64,000 nucleotides of DNA from Phycisphaeraceae bacterium (GCA_963674705.1 OY771506.1:576001-640000), one strand, 5' to 3'. Positions 10,842 through 22,131 are shown, counted from the stretch's first letter. Translations and numbers: made by a program. The notes: generated by a model not told the origin, from the sequence alone.

Positions 10842-11783
10842 TTAACGCCGGCGAGCAACCGCTAAGAGCAATCCGCCGAAGATCATCATGCTGGCGGGCT
10901 CGGGAACCAGTGCTTGCTTCAGAGCTTCAGCGACGACGCGCTGACCGAGGCCGTTGGGGTGGATCAGATCGGCAAGGATAAGGTCAGCCGGATCGAGGTC
11001 CAGGTAGTTATCCGGTAGAATCGCCAGCAATTCCGGATCGGTTACAACCGTATCAGCTTCGAGAATGTCATACAGCGCATAGATGTCGACGAGTTCGACG
11101 CCTTCCGACCCCGCGATGTCGCGGATCGCCTGGGCATACTGCGGAAGCGCGGTGATATCGACACCCGAGGAAGGCGCGGGTGTGTGATTGGGCGTCATCA
11201 GGATGACGCGCAAGCCTTCGGCCTTGGCCTGCTGAACCACCAGTGTCATGTTATCGATGAAGTTACCCCTGGTGTAAGACGGATCATAGGTTGCTTCTTC
11301 ATCCGCATCGAGCGCGACGTTGTGCTGGCCGTTCTTGAACACCGCGTCGTTAATCCCGAATTGAATGATAACCACATCAGCATCCTGGCCGAGCACATCC
11401 GTATCCAGCCGGGCAACCGCCTGGTGGGACATGTTACCGCTGAGGCCCTTGTTGACCGAGTCAACCGGCGTGCCGATCAGGTCCGGCAACTCATCGCGCA
11501 AGATGTCGCAATAGGTGTATAGCCAGCGAGTCGGACCATCCGCATCATGATCGAGCGTCATCAGGGTGTAGGGATCCATGTTGATCCCGACAGTCGTGGT
11601 GCCCGTCGAAGGCCGACCACTGGTTGTCGTGGTCACCCCGGTGACACGCGCGGCGGTTGTCGAGTCGCCGAAGCAGATGATCTTGTACGGCGCAACCGCG
11701 ATGGCAGATGCGCTACTTGGTAAAAAGGCGGTCAGTAATGCGAACGCTGCGGCATAAATCACTGTTGAACGTAACACGATCAA
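10842..11783 (-). CDS. SGNH/GDSL esterase with PEP-CTERM tail
   Basis: CFGDST, NKGLSG, QFGIND, DLIHPN, VPEP-TM-RRR. Confidence 0.85.
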   Translation of the reverse strand: MIVLRSTVIYAAAFALLTAFLPSSASAIAVAPYKIICFGDSTTAARVTGVTTTTSGRPSTGTTTVGINMDPYTLMTLDHDADGPTRWLYTYCDILRDELPDLIGTPVDSVNKGLSGNMSHQAVARLDTDVLGQDADVVIIQFGINDAVFKNGQHNVALDADEEATYDPSYTRGNFIDNMTLVVQQAKAEGLRVILMTPNHTPAPSSGVDITALPQYAQAIRDIAGSEGVELVDIYALYDILEADTVVTDPELLAILPDNYLDLDPADLILADLIHPNGLGQRVVAEALKQALVPEPASMMIFGGLLLAVARRR

Positions 11784-11840
11784 TTCTCCCTATAAGAAAG
11801 TCTTTTCGATCCGACAGGATCGTTTTCGTTGTCCTTACAC

Positions 11841-12602
11841 CTATTGCTTGCACTTCCCTGCAACTTTTTTGTATGCCTCGGCATAACGTTTGCCGAGAAT
11901 GATGACACCGTCGTGGTCATAATGCCCCCCATCGAAGCGCTCCAACCCATCCACAGAAACCACCCCCATGTAAGGCAGTTCCCCCGCAAGCGCATCCATC
12001 TGGTCGTTGATGATGTTCTCTCCGGAAATATGCCCCGCGATGAACGGCAACTCAGGCTGATTGAGGTCCTTACGGATGCCCAGTATCACATTGGTAAGTT
12101 TCTCTGCATACTGTTCGTCCATGCTGTTGCCTTCGCCTTGATGCCACAGCACGCCAACCAGCTTGACATCACCCAGGTCTTTGACACGCTTCAGTGCGTT
12201 TTCATAGAGTGCTTCACCCGGCTGCCAACGTTCGATTTTTGTACCGCCGCGTGCGTTGACGATCAGGCCGATGGTCGTATCCGGGTCGGCTTGATGCATC
12301 GTTTTGGCAAACGGCCCGCCCAGGTTGAACCGCTGCATCTCCAGGTCCTTGCGGTCGGAAGCGTAACGATTCAAAGGTTGCTGCGCAGGCTCCCACTTGC
12401 CTTGATCGTTCAGCAGGTACACGCCGGGGATCACCGCGTCGTCACCTTCGATCATATGCGCTCGGCCTGACATATTGGATTGGCCGATCAACAAATAAAC
12501 ATCCTTCGGCTGATGCGCACAGCCCGACAGTACAACCACGGCCAGGCACAGAGCCAGGACCCGCGAGATTCCCGCGTAGATGTATTTTGTGTATTTCATC
12601 AC
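11841..12602 (-). CDS. Sialate O-acetylesterase / SASA-domain lipoprotein
   Basis: IGQSNMSG, WHQGEGN, DGGH, lipobox LSGC. Confidence 0.85.
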   Translation of the reverse strand: MMKYTKYIYAGISRVLALCLAVVVLSGCAHQPKDVYLLIGQSNMSGRAHMIEGDDAVIPGVYLLNDQGKWEPAQQPLNRYASDRKDLEMQRFNLGGPFAKTMHQADPDTTIGLIVNARGGTKIERWQPGEALYENALKRVKDLGDVKLVGVLWHQGEGNSMDEQYAEKLTNVILGIRKDLNQPELPFIAGHISGENIINDQMDALAGELPYMGVVSVDGLERFDGGHYDHDGVIILGKRYAEAYKKVAGKCKQ

Positions 12603-13354
12603 TTCGATTCCGTTCGTTTAAAGATCAATGGACGATAACCCGGGTAGTAATGGAAGCCCCACTTCGGCGCTTCGGGGATCGACATCAGAAGTTGCATTTC
12701 TTCAAATGACTTTGAGTAGTTGTAGCGGAACGCTCCGAACGACCAGGCTCCCTGATGAATATCCCCGAGCGACTTGATTGGTATGGCCAGCTCAGCCGTA
12801 AAGGACACATCATCGTCATGCCAGTTGCCATCCGTGCCATTGATAACCGTTGCCACCTCGGCGTCGGCGTCCCACGTCTTGAAACGCCGCCCCCCCCCGC
12901 CACCTCGGCTCGCGTGGTACGCATCAAATAATGCGCCGCTTGGCGAAACGACGAATTCCTTGTAACCCAACCCGAACGTGTCCGCGTGGATGAAGAACTC
13001 TACCGCGTCCCCGTTCCACAGATCGTCATCATCCTTGTCCGAGAACGACCAGATGTCATCATCCTTACACTCGAACGCGACATATAGATAATCATCACCC
13101 CACAACAGGCGTACGCGCGTCGGTGAAAGCTCGGGATCTGTCGTCGGCGTATATGGGTAGAAAGTGCTGACAACTTCCGCGTTCTGCCAATCAGACTCAT
13201 CGAGTCGGCCGTCAACGGTAATATCACCGGCCGCTGCAACACAAATGTATCCAGGCTCCGCTACGCGCGACTCGGACACATGCGCGGACTTACATGAAAC
13301 CAGTACCATCATACTTATCGACAAGGCAATCATGTTGATGATTTTCGTTAACAT
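12599..13354 (-). CDS. CBM9-like (DOMON-type) sugar-binding lipoprotein
   Basis: ITVDGRLDESDW, LLWGDDYLYVAF, DAVEFFI, AELAIP. Confidence 0.75.
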   Translation of the reverse strand: MLTKIINMIALSISMMVLVSCKSAHVSESRVAEPGYICVAAAGDITVDGRLDESDWQNAEVVSTFYPYTPTTDPELSPTRVRLLWGDDYLYVAFECKDDDIWSFSDKDDDDLWNGDAVEFFIHADTFGLGYKEFVVSPSGALFDAYHASRGGGGGRRFKTWDADAEVATVINGTDGNWHDDDVSFTAELAIPIKSLGDIHQGAWSFGAFRYNYSKSFEEMQLLMSIPEAPKWGFHYYPGYRPLIFKRTESK

Positions 13355-13363
13355 GCTGAACCC

Positions 13364-15553
13364 CTAATGTGTCGATGGTGATTGGGACGATTCCGTAGTC
13401 TGACCAACGCCGTGTGCCGGTGATTGAACAGGTGTGTCATCGTCTAAATCACGCGTGACAAGCCCGACATCCGCGAAGTCGCGTTTCAGCGATCCAAGCG
13501 TCCGGAACAACCGGACGGTATCGACAATCCCACCGATCAGGAACCAGATGATCGTGCCTACCCCCAGTACCAGCATCAGGCTGAGGCGTGCTTCCCAGTA
13601 ATGGACCCAGGTTTCCTCAGATAAATGCCCCCACAATTCATACTTGGCCCCGATGAACTGGACCGTACCGATGATAAATACAAGGAACCAGATGAAGGTC
13701 CACGTGAGTTTGCCGTAGTAGATGCATTTATCGCCGAAGCTGAACTCTTCGGTTGGCAGAATGGCTCGCAGGCCCGAGACGGGCTTAACATCGTCACGGT
13801 CATGGTCGGTCTTGATTGCATACTTGCCGCGGTGAAGCATGCGGTCCATGTTGAACGCCGGCCGCTTGGTGGCCAGCCACGCAACGAGTGAACACACCAC
13901 GTATCCCACAATCGACAGGCTCATGGCAAAGAAGTTGACCCACTGACCATCCAACGGGAACTCATCGGGCCCAACCTTCCAGTTGATACCCCATACGTTG
14001 TTCGAGATGCCTTCGAGCACCGTCTTGAGGAAGCTCAGCAGCCACGGCGCGTCGCTTTCCATCCAGGGGTAAATCGGGTCAGCCCAATAGGCTTTCAGGA
14101 TCATGCCGCTAACCGCAATCACCCAACCGGTGGTCAGCGCCACCCATGCACCGCTGGTTGAGCCCCGTTTCCAATACAAACCCCCGATGATCAGTGAGCC
14201 GGCACCACCGATGTAAATCGCGCCGGTGATCGCAAAGAACATGAGGATCTTGTCGTTCTGCTCGTATAACAGACTGAAGAAGAAGATGAAGATCGCGACA
14301 AAAAAGATGGAAATCCGCAACATCCACATGTGCTGTTTCGGGGTGAACGGTTTCTTTCTGAAGGGCAGGATCACATCCTGAACAAACATGGCGCCCCATG
14401 AATGCAGGTAGGTATCGTGCGTGGCGGTATTGGCCGCGAGCATCGTCGCACACAACAGCCCGATCATGCCGACCGGCAACGCCTTGGCCAGCACCACCGG
14501 CACCGTCATCTGCTCACGGATCTGCGGGTTCTCGATACCGTCCAACACGCCCATCGCGTTGGCCACGACGTGTTCGTACCCGCCGTGATGCATGATCACA
14601 AACGCACCGATCGGTAAAAACATAGCCACCACGGAGAACACAAGCCCCCGCCATTCACCCAGAATGCCCGCCATCTTGGCTTCGTGCGCCGTCCTGGCCG
14701 AGGCGTTGTACCCCGATGATCCCTGCCACGCCTTCCACCCGTATACATAGGTGAACGCACCGATCAGAAAGTAGAAGATATTGAAACCATCAACCTTGGA
14801 TGTGTGGTATGGCTGGATCATCGATGCGTCTGCGGGGGCCTGCCTGAGTGTCTCGATAATCGTAGACCAGTCGAACATCCAGAAAATCGCGCCCAGGATC
14901 GCGATGAACACGATGTTCGTGAACACACCCTGGATGAAGTCCGTGATCATGATCGCGATCTGGCCACCGATGAATACGAAGAACAACGCGATCCCCAGCA
15001 TCACGATCATGACACCCGCGTAAACCATGTCGATGTCACGGCCCAGGATATTGACCGGGTAATGGGGGAATCCGCAGAAGTAGATCATGAACCGTGCGCC
15101 CACGGCCGGGAAAATACCGAAGTTCACGATCCCGGAGATCCAACCCAGGATGCCGGCATAGACGCGGATGCTCTTGCTGTAGCGGACCTCAAAGAATTGA
15201 GCCATCGTCATCACGCGCGTCTCGCGGTAACGGTAGATGACCCACCCCGATAGCGCGATGATCAGCGCCAACGGTGTCATCATCAGCATCCACCAGTCGG
15301 CCGTGAAGCCCGCCTTGTAGTACATCTCGAAGAAGCCGACGATGCTGATCGCGCCGAGGCCAGCGGTCCCCTGCGAAATACATAACAGGTACCGCCCGGC
15401 ACAGCGGTTGGCGGCAAGGAAGTCAGCGATGCTCTGGATGCACTTGCGTGTCGCGATCCCCGCCACCGTAATCCCGGCTAACAATCCGAGAACAATACAC
15501 CAGTCAATAAGGTGCATGTTTGCGGCAAAAACGGCTAGGCTGGATGTGGTCAT
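13364..15553 (-). CDS. Sodium:solute symporter family protein
   Basis: DFLAANR, TMAQFFEVRY, GGLYWKR and many TM helices. Confidence 0.85.
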   Translation of the reverse strand: MTTSSLAVFAANMHLIDWCIVLGLLAGITVAGIATRKCIQSIADFLAANRCAGRYLLCISQGTAGLGAISIVGFFEMYYKAGFTADWWMLMMTPLALIIALSGWVIYRYRETRVMTMAQFFEVRYSKSIRVYAGILGWISGIVNFGIFPAVGARFMIYFCGFPHYPVNILGRDIDMVYAGVMIVMLGIALFFVFIGGQIAIMITDFIQGVFTNIVFIAILGAIFWMFDWSTIIETLRQAPADASMIQPYHTSKVDGFNIFYFLIGAFTYVYGWKAWQGSSGYNASARTAHEAKMAGILGEWRGLVFSVVAMFLPIGAFVIMHHGGYEHVVANAMGVLDGIENPQIREQMTVPVVLAKALPVGMIGLLCATMLAANTATHDTYLHSWGAMFVQDVILPFRKKPFTPKQHMWMLRISIFFVAIFIFFFSLLYEQNDKILMFFAITGAIYIGGAGSLIIGGLYWKRGSTSGAWVALTTGWVIAVSGMILKAYWADPIYPWMESDAPWLLSFLKTVLEGISNNVWGINWKVGPDEFPLDGQWVNFFAMSLSIVGYVVCSLVAWLATKRPAFNMDRMLHRGKYAIKTDHDRDDVKPVSGLRAILPTEEFSFGDKCIYYGKLTWTFIWFLVFIIGTVQFIGAKYELWGHLSEETWVHYWEARLSLMLVLGVGTIIWFLIGGIVDTVRLFRTLGSLKRDFADVGLVTRDLDDDTPVQSPAHGVGQTTESSQSPSTH

Positions 15554-15587
15554 GGAACTGTGGGTCCTTCCATCGGGTTAGGGGACA

Positions 15588-17567
15588 TTATTGATTGGCA
15601 CGCCCCATCAGTGCGTGGTGGCGTGCTTTTTCCTCATCGCCATCCTCGCCTCCATATAACTTCGCCAGCCAGACGTGTGCCGGCCGGATCCCCGGCGCAA
15701 GACGCACACAAGTCTCAAACGCCTGGATCGCTTCCTTGTTCATCCCCGACTCAGCAAGCGCCACCCCCAGATTAAAGTGCGCCCGCGGGAAGTTGTGCGC
15801 CAGGCCCACCGCATGCAACGCGTAATCAATCGCCTTGTCGTATTCACCACGCGCGTTTGAAATACGCGCCAGTCCGTTGTACGCGGTCGGGCTTTCCTCG
15901 TCGGCTTCAAGCGCCAGCTTAAAGGCGCGTTCGGCTTCGTCGTATTGCTTCAAGCGCAAATACGCCTGCGCCATGGCCGGCTGTATCGCTAACATGTTCG
16001 GCGCGATCTCTTCGGCCTGCCGCAGCAGGTCCAGCGCCTGTTCGTATTCACCTTTTTGAATCATCAACTGTGAAAGCTTCACCTTGATAGCCGCGTTGTT
16101 CGGCATCCTTTGAAGCATCTCTCGGTATATCGCTTCGCATTCATCAAAACGCTTCAGCCGCATCAGGCAGTTGGACAATTGCAGGCTGTAAAAATCTTTG
16201 CTCTCATCATTGTTTGCAATCAACTCTTCCCACAGCGGCACCGCTTTTTCCAACCGGTGGCTGTCCGACAACGCCATCGCCAGGTTCACCTTCTGCCCAA
16301 GGATGGTCTTGTTCACGGTCTCCTGAATGTCATCGCTGGGTGCATCCACATAACCCAGTTCGACCAGGTGCCTGATCGCCTCGGCCGACTCGGTCGGGTC
16401 TTCGCGCCGATCTTCCGGGTGCATGCCCGCCTCGCCCGGGACCTCATCCCAACTGAGGATCGTCTCCGCCCTGACAGGCGGATCGAATATCTCAAGCCAG
16501 GGTCGGCCGTCCATGTCCCCGCCAATCGGCAGGCCGAACAGCGATAAGATCGTGGGCGTAACATCCAGCAACGTCGCGCCGTAAAGCTTGTCATTCTTCT
16601 TGATGCATGGTCCGCCAGCGCATACCACGCCGAACGGACGGTGCCAGCTCACTGGGTCTTTGTACCCATCTGTATCACGACGCCCTTCACCGCTGTGGAA
16701 CCCATGATCGCTGACCAGGATCACCGTCGTATCCTCACCGGCCTTGTTCAACAACGTTTCGAGCATCATGTCGTGGAAGCGATAGCACCCCACCATGACG
16801 TCTTTGTACAGCTCGGCATCCTCCTCAGAAACATCGTCCATCTTCGGCGGATGATATGGCATGAACGTATGCCCGAAGTGATCGATTGCGTCGTAATAGA
16901 CCGCCGCAAAGTCCCACTCCTGTGTATCCATCAGCCGACACGCCGCGGCGTGGACACTGGACGCCCGGGCAAGCAACTGTGCCAACTTCAGCAAACGATT
17001 ATCTTTCGACTGATCGATCTCCGCAGCCTTGGGGACAAACGGCAAGATTGCAGGCCCGCCAAGGTCATGGGGATTAACAAGGAACTGCATTATCTCGTCG
17101 CGGATACTTACCGGGTGGAACGCATCGTCCGGCATATTCGCCACGGTGGCATCTTTAGAGGACGGCGCGATATACCGATCCGTAACGATCGCGCCCTTGA
17201 TCGGTTCGGCGGGATGGCTCGCAAACCAGCCGACCACGATCGAACGCAGATCGTTCTGGCTGAGAATGTTCCACAGCGCCTTGGTCTTCCGGCTCGTACT
17301 CGTCACCGCACGGATACCCTGGCCGTCCGGTGTCGGCTCGGTAAAGGAATAAATCCCATGCTTGTCGGCACGCTTGCCTGTCGCGATCGAGTTCCAGAGC
17401 ATCGGCGAAAGAATCGGCTGGATCGTTGCGAGCTTGCCGCTGACGCCGCCCTTCATGAACTTCTCAAACGTCGGCATCAATCCCTGCTCGATCAGGGGAT
17501 TCATCATGACCCAATCGGCCGCGTCCCAGCCGATTAAAAGCACTTTCTTAGCGATTCGTTCTGACAT
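15588..17567 (-). CDS. Alkaline-phosphatase-superfamily (phosphodiesterase-type) protein with TPR repeats
   Basis: LIGWDAADW, SPMLWNSIATGK, VSDHGF, C-terminal TPRs. Confidence 0.85.
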   Translation of the reverse strand: MSERIAKKVLLIGWDAADWVMMNPLIEQGLMPTFEKFMKGGVSGKLATIQPILSPMLWNSIATGKRADKHGIYSFTEPTPDGQGIRAVTSTSRKTKALWNILSQNDLRSIVVGWFASHPAEPIKGAIVTDRYIAPSSKDATVANMPDDAFHPVSIRDEIMQFLVNPHDLGGPAILPFVPKAAEIDQSKDNRLLKLAQLLARASSVHAAACRLMDTQEWDFAAVYYDAIDHFGHTFMPYHPPKMDDVSEEDAELYKDVMVGCYRFHDMMLETLLNKAGEDTTVILVSDHGFHSGEGRRDTDGYKDPVSWHRPFGVVCAGGPCIKKNDKLYGATLLDVTPTILSLFGLPIGGDMDGRPWLEIFDPPVRAETILSWDEVPGEAGMHPEDRREDPTESAEAIRHLVELGYVDAPSDDIQETVNKTILGQKVNLAMALSDSHRLEKAVPLWEELIANNDESKDFYSLQLSNCLMRLKRFDECEAIYREMLQRMPNNAAIKVKLSQLMIQKGEYEQALDLLRQAEEIAPNMLAIQPAMAQAYLRLKQYDEAERAFKLALEADEESPTAYNGLARISNARGEYDKAIDYALHAVGLAHNFPRAHFNLGVALAESGMNKEAIQAFETCVRLAPGIRPAHVWLAKLYGGEDGDEEKARHHALMGRANQ

Positions 17568-17694
17568 GTGCGTGTCCGTCTTAAGGGGTGAAGGGTAATT
17601 ACACCCCTAACGATACCAAAGAAATAGCTGGGCCCACGGTCAGGTAAGCCCAGCTAGATGAAATACTTTCAAACACTACGTTTTCCGTATCGAA

Positions 17695-18360
17695 TTAGGA
17701 AGCTTTACGACGCCTGAAGGCCATGGCGCCTGCACCGGCGGCGAGCAGACCGAGCGAACCCGGTTCCGGGGTCGCACCGGCGATGATCGCGGTGTTCGGC
17801 TCGGTTTCATAAGCGAATTCATAAACCGTCACACCCTGCGGTAGCGTACCGTCCCAGAGCACCTGGACACGGACCCAACCGAAGTAGAAGTCGCTGCCGC
17901 CTTCTTCACGCAGCGCGATGGCCATGTACGAATCGACGTCACGGCCGAAACCAGGAGCAGAAGCTGCCGGCTTGAGGATGTCGTAGCCCGTGCAAACCGC
18001 TACGTTCGAGTTTTCAAACCCGATGATATCACCCACATCAAACGAACGGACGTAGTAACTGTTGCCCTTGCCGACATTGGTCAGCGCCAGGTTGTCGTGG
18101 GCGTCTACGCCACGGATAGATGCATACTGGGCACCCCACGGCACAAACCTGAACACGAAGTCGATGTCGTTGTCACGGTCGACGTTCACGTTAATCTCAT
18201 AGCCGGGTCCAATGGCCCGAGTATTCAACGTGATATCAACGATATCGGTGTGAATCACTTCTGCATCGGCCTGCTGACCGAAGGCAAACGCACCCAGGCT
18301 GGCTGCGGCGGAATAGGCCAACAGTCGCTTGGCTCGGTCTTGGCTTTCTCTCTTCTCCAT
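17695..18360 (-). CDS. PEP-CTERM surface protein
   Basis: RLLAYSAAASLGAF leader, YFGWVRV, TPEP-TM-RRRK. GGAG SD before ATG 18360. Confidence 0.85.
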   Translation of the reverse strand: MEKRESQDRAKRLLAYSAAASLGAFAFGQQADAEVIHTDIVDITLNTRAIGPGYEINVNVDRDNDIDFVFRFVPWGAQYASIRGVDAHDNLALTNVGKGNSYYVRSFDVGDIIGFENSNVAVCTGYDILKPAASAPGFGRDVDSYMAIALREEGGSDFYFGWVRVQVLWDGTLPQGVTVYEFAYETEPNTAIIAGATPEPGSLGLLAAGAGAMAFRRRKAS

Positions 18361-18485
18361 CTTTCTCTCCAATTTAAAAATAGTAAATGTTGTTCTTGAT
18401 ACACAAGCTACGATTAAAGAGTCGGTCACTTTATGTCGAGTTGCCATCATCAACTGATGTACTCGACAATCCACATCCTACTCAA

Positions 18486-19109
18486 TCACTTACGACGCCT
18501 GAAGGCCATAGCGCCTGCACCTACTGCGAGCAGTCCGAGCGAACCGGGTTCCGGGGTGATGGCATAGTCATAGACTTCTGCATAACCTACGCCCGAGGAG
18601 ATACCATCACGGAAGTAACGCATACGGATCCAACCCCAGTCGCCATCGCTGAGCTTGATCGCCATGTAATTGTCGTTGACCAGGTCACCGAAGTTCGAGG
18701 TATTCGAGTGAGCTACCGGCAGAGTCAACGCACCAGGCACACAGTTCACATTCAAGGGGCCGATCACATCACCGTCGTTGAACGAACGGATGTAGTTGGC
18801 GTTACCCTTCAGCAGATTCGTGTACTCGTCCGCACCATTGATGGCTTCAGCACGGAATCGAACGAACCATGCCTCAGATTGCCCAAGCATTTCGAGCTTG
18901 AGGTCATCGATGCTGTCGCCATCCAGATCCAGGTAAGTTGCGCCACCATCTTCCAACAACGTGATATCCGAGATATCGACATAGTCAGAAGGGCCCGGAA
19001 GGATCGGGGCTGCCTGAGTCGTCTGCGCCATACCAAATGCACCTAAACCAGCTGCGGCCGTGTAAGCGAGCAACCTGGTGGCGCGTTCTTTACTTTCTCT
19101 CATCTCCAT
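18486..19109 (-). CDS. PEP-CTERM surface protein (paralog of 17695)
   Basis: RLLAYTAAAGLGAF leader, WGWIRM, TPEP-TM-RRRK. Confidence 0.85.
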   Translation of the reverse strand: MEMRESKERATRLLAYTAAAGLGAFGMAQTTQAAPILPGPSDYVDISDITLLEDGGATYLDLDGDSIDDLKLEMLGQSEAWFVRFRAEAINGADEYTNLLKGNANYIRSFNDGDVIGPLNVNCVPGALTLPVAHSNTSNFGDLVNDNYMAIKLSDGDWGWIRMRYFRDGISSGVGYAEVYDYAITPEPGSLGLLAVGAGAMAFRRRK

Positions 19110-19320
19110 GTTTTCTCCCATCTTGTTTTGTAAATGAAGCAGTTTGAAGTGATACATCAACGTAAATAGCCGAAATTCGAACGCGTTTATTGATTAACCG
19201 ACGCTCCTTTCTAGCTCCTTCCTCAATCAATCAACCATATTCGTATCAACAGAGTTGATGCCTGGGACCGATCCCGCCGCCCCTCGATGGAGGGGCGGCG
19301 GCGCGGCCAACGCTGATTAT

Positions 19321-20364
19321 TTAGTTGCGACGACGCTTGAAGCTCAACGCACCGGCGCCGGCGGCCAACAGGCCCAGAGCACCCGGTTCGGGAACGGCGG
19401 CGACGGGCGGCGTGCCGTTGTTCCAGTTGTTCAACACAAAGTCCAAGTCGGTCAGACCGACAAACCCATCACCTGACGGATCACCCTCTAACCACACGCC
19501 CGGCGTCACATTCTGGTTCCAGCGGGTCAGGATGATATCCAGGTCGTCCAAGCCGACGAAGCCGTCACCATTCAGGTCGCCATCAAGCTGCGGGCTGCCC
19601 ATATCACCTGCGATGATATCCGTGTTCACATCGGTTTCATAGGCGAAGTCGTACAGGATCATGGTACGTTCGGTGTCCCAGAAGAAGTCGTGACGTGTGA
19701 GTTTTCCGTCCGGGATCGGGAAGTTGTTTTCGTTCGCCGCGTCATGGATGATCACCTGGAACCGTACCCAGGCATAGCGCACATTACCATCGAGGTCGAC
19801 CATGCGCAGACCGGCATATTCGTTGTAGTCATAGCCGTACGAACTCGGATTGGGCGAAGGATTCCAGAACGAGTTCTGGTCCCAGCCGGGGTACTGCGAC
19901 AGCAGGCCATAAAGCCGGCCGCCGGAGGTGCCGGTCTCATCCCAGCACTGCGAGTTGCTTGGGCCGATGATGTGGCCGTCGATGAACGAACGGCAGTAGT
20001 AGGCGTTGGTCCCTCTGGTTGCCGGGGCATCCATGTCGACCTGCAGGTACGAAGCCGTGCTGACGCCAGTCACAGGCAGGCCGTACCAGTCCGAGTCAAC
20101 CGTCGTGTTGAACTGCATGGTGCCGTAGCCGCCGATGCCACCGTTTTCGGTGTTCACCAGGCGGAAGTCAAGATAGCCGTCGCCATCGACGTCAACTTCG
20201 GTATACTCACCACGCTGAATCACGATCCCACCAAGGTCGGTGTAGACCACATCAGCCAGCGCCTCAGGGGCCTGTGCTCCGAAAGCAAACGCACCAAGAC
20301 CAGCCGCCGCCGAATAACGCATCAGGCGCGAACTAGTTTCCTGATCCAACCAGCCATCTTTCAT
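19321..20364 (-). CDS. PEP-CTERM surface protein with dockerin-like repeat
   Basis: RLMRYSAAAGLGAF leader, YAWVRF, GDLNGDGFVGLDDLD, VPEP-TM-KRRR. Confidence 0.85.
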   Translation of the reverse strand: MKDGWLDQETSSRLMRYSAAAGLGAFAFGAQAPEALADVVYTDLGGIVIQRGEYTEVDVDGDGYLDFRLVNTENGGIGGYGTMQFNTTVDSDWYGLPVTGVSTASYLQVDMDAPATRGTNAYYCRSFIDGHIIGPSNSQCWDETGTSGGRLYGLLSQYPGWDQNSFWNPSPNPSSYGYDYNEYAGLRMVDLDGNVRYAWVRFQVIIHDAANENNFPIPDGKLTRHDFFWDTERTMILYDFAYETDVNTDIIAGDMGSPQLDGDLNGDGFVGLDDLDIILTRWNQNVTPGVWLEGDPSGDGFVGLTDLDFVLNNWNNGTPPVAAVPEPGALGLLAAGAGALSFKRRRN

Positions 20365-20482
20365 CTGACTTCTCCTTCCTAAAGGGATGGGATAGAGACC
20401 CATTTAAAAATGATAATTCACGACTAAAGTAAACTAATATGTGCCTTTTGTCAAGACAATTTCCGTGACTTGGCTTGCTTTA

Positions 20483-22084
20483 TCATCCTTTTTTAACTGC
20501 CGTTAGAGCCTTCGGCGTAACACCCGTAAAAATAATAGGACTCGAAACTGACTTGAACTTCATCTTGCCATCACGACGCGATAATCGACGCGAAAAATCA
20601 TCAAAATTCTTTGACTCACGCGGCGACCACAAGGCTTCACTCAATGCCGCCAAACGAGGCATGACGTGTGACTCCAACTTGGCTTCATTCGGGATGAATT
20701 CAGTCCAGACCGGCGCCTCCCCACCAAGCACCAACTCACTCGCCGCCGGCTCACCCGCTTCACGGGCCGGATCAAAATCATAGATCTTGTCCAACGGCAG
20801 AACCGGCATCCACTTGGGCATGCGCTTCTGCATCTCTTCCGTCCACGGGTAATCCAGGTACACCCATTCGTGGGTTGAATTGATGATGGACCGACCTTCG
20901 CTGATCGCTTTTGCCGATTGATCCGGGTGCCAACCCTGAATGATCTGGTTCTCGGGGATGCCCACATCCAGTTTTTCCGCCCAACCGATCGATTGCCTGC
21001 CTAAATCATACCTCACAAAATCCGCAATGTGAGACATGAACCACACGTGCAGCGCGTCCTCATCCGGGACGCCCATCTGCTTCATGCGGGCCTGGCAGTG
21101 AGGACACTCACTCCAGACACCCGAAGGCCTTTCATCGCCGCCGACATGGATGTAAGGCGTGTCAAATACCTCAACAACCTCACACAGAATATCTTTGATG
21201 AATTCAAGCGTCTGGTCTTTACCCACGCAGAAAGGCAGCCGTCCGTCTACCTGCGTAAAAGCATTCCAGCCATCCTCACCGATCTTGATCGGATCACCCT
21301 TGCAAGATAGATACGGATACGCATGCAGCGCCGCGTTGCAGTGGCCGGGCATCTCGATCTCAGGCACGACGGTAATCCCACGCGCCTTCGCGTAGGCCAC
21401 GACCTCACGCGCCTGGTCTTTGGTATAGAACCCGCCGTAGCGTTTGCCGTCCTGCACACGCCAAGCCGAGACTTCCGTCAGCAACGGGTACTTATCAATC
21501 TGCAGCCGCCACGACTCATCATCACACAGATGCCAGTGGAAGCGATTGAGCTTCAACGCCGCCATCCGGTCGATCCACTTCTTGATCAGTTCGACATCCT
21601 GATAATGTCGCGCCGAATCAAGCATGAAACCGCGCCAGACAAAGCGGGGCCGATCCTTGATACGCACGCACGGCAGGTGCCGACCGTCACCGTTATTCCT
21701 CGGATCAGCTTCCGATAGATCAAACAACTGAACCAGCGACTCGGTCGCGTAGTACGCCCCGCGGGAATCAGAAGCATAGATCGTGATCATGTCCGCCTTG
21801 ACCGTCAGCAGATAGCCTTCTTCACCCAGCTCGGTCTTGCCCGGATCGATCACGATCACAACAGAGCCGATAGGCGCCGCGGAGCTGTCCAGATCACCCA
21901 GCCAGTCACAGTTACTGTCTTGGAGTTCCAGCCGTTCAGCTAATTGTTCACCGATCCAGCGCGCATGCTGATCATCATGCCGAGTCGCCAGACAAACCTT
22001 GCTGGTTGGCCTGAGGCGGAAGTCACCCGGAATCGTTTCTTGAACAGCTGGCTTTGGAATCATGGTGCAAACCTGTATGCACAT
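20483..22084 (-). CDS. Beta-N-acetylhexosaminidase (GH20)
   Basis: WRGFMLDSARH, FHWHLCDD, PEIEMPGH, HVGGDE. Confidence 0.92.
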   Translation of the reverse strand: MCIQVCTMIPKPAVQETIPGDFRLRPTSKVCLATRHDDQHARWIGEQLAERLELQDSNCDWLGDLDSSAAPIGSVVIVIDPGKTELGEEGYLLTVKADMITIYASDSRGAYYATESLVQLFDLSEADPRNNGDGRHLPCVRIKDRPRFVWRGFMLDSARHYQDVELIKKWIDRMAALKLNRFHWHLCDDESWRLQIDKYPLLTEVSAWRVQDGKRYGGFYTKDQAREVVAYAKARGITVVPEIEMPGHCNAALHAYPYLSCKGDPIKIGEDGWNAFTQVDGRLPFCVGKDQTLEFIKDILCEVVEVFDTPYIHVGGDERPSGVWSECPHCQARMKQMGVPDEDALHVWFMSHIADFVRYDLGRQSIGWAEKLDVGIPENQIIQGWHPDQSAKAISEGRSIINSTHEWVYLDYPWTEEMQKRMPKWMPVLPLDKIYDFDPAREAGEPAASELVLGGEAPVWTEFIPNEAKLESHVMPRLAALSEALWSPRESKNFDDFSRRLSRRDGKMKFKSVSSPIIFTGVTPKALTAVKKG

Positions 22085-22131
22085 ACACTCAGTCTAGGCC
22101 GGATTCCGAATCCAGCCCGAGCTTTGTGACT

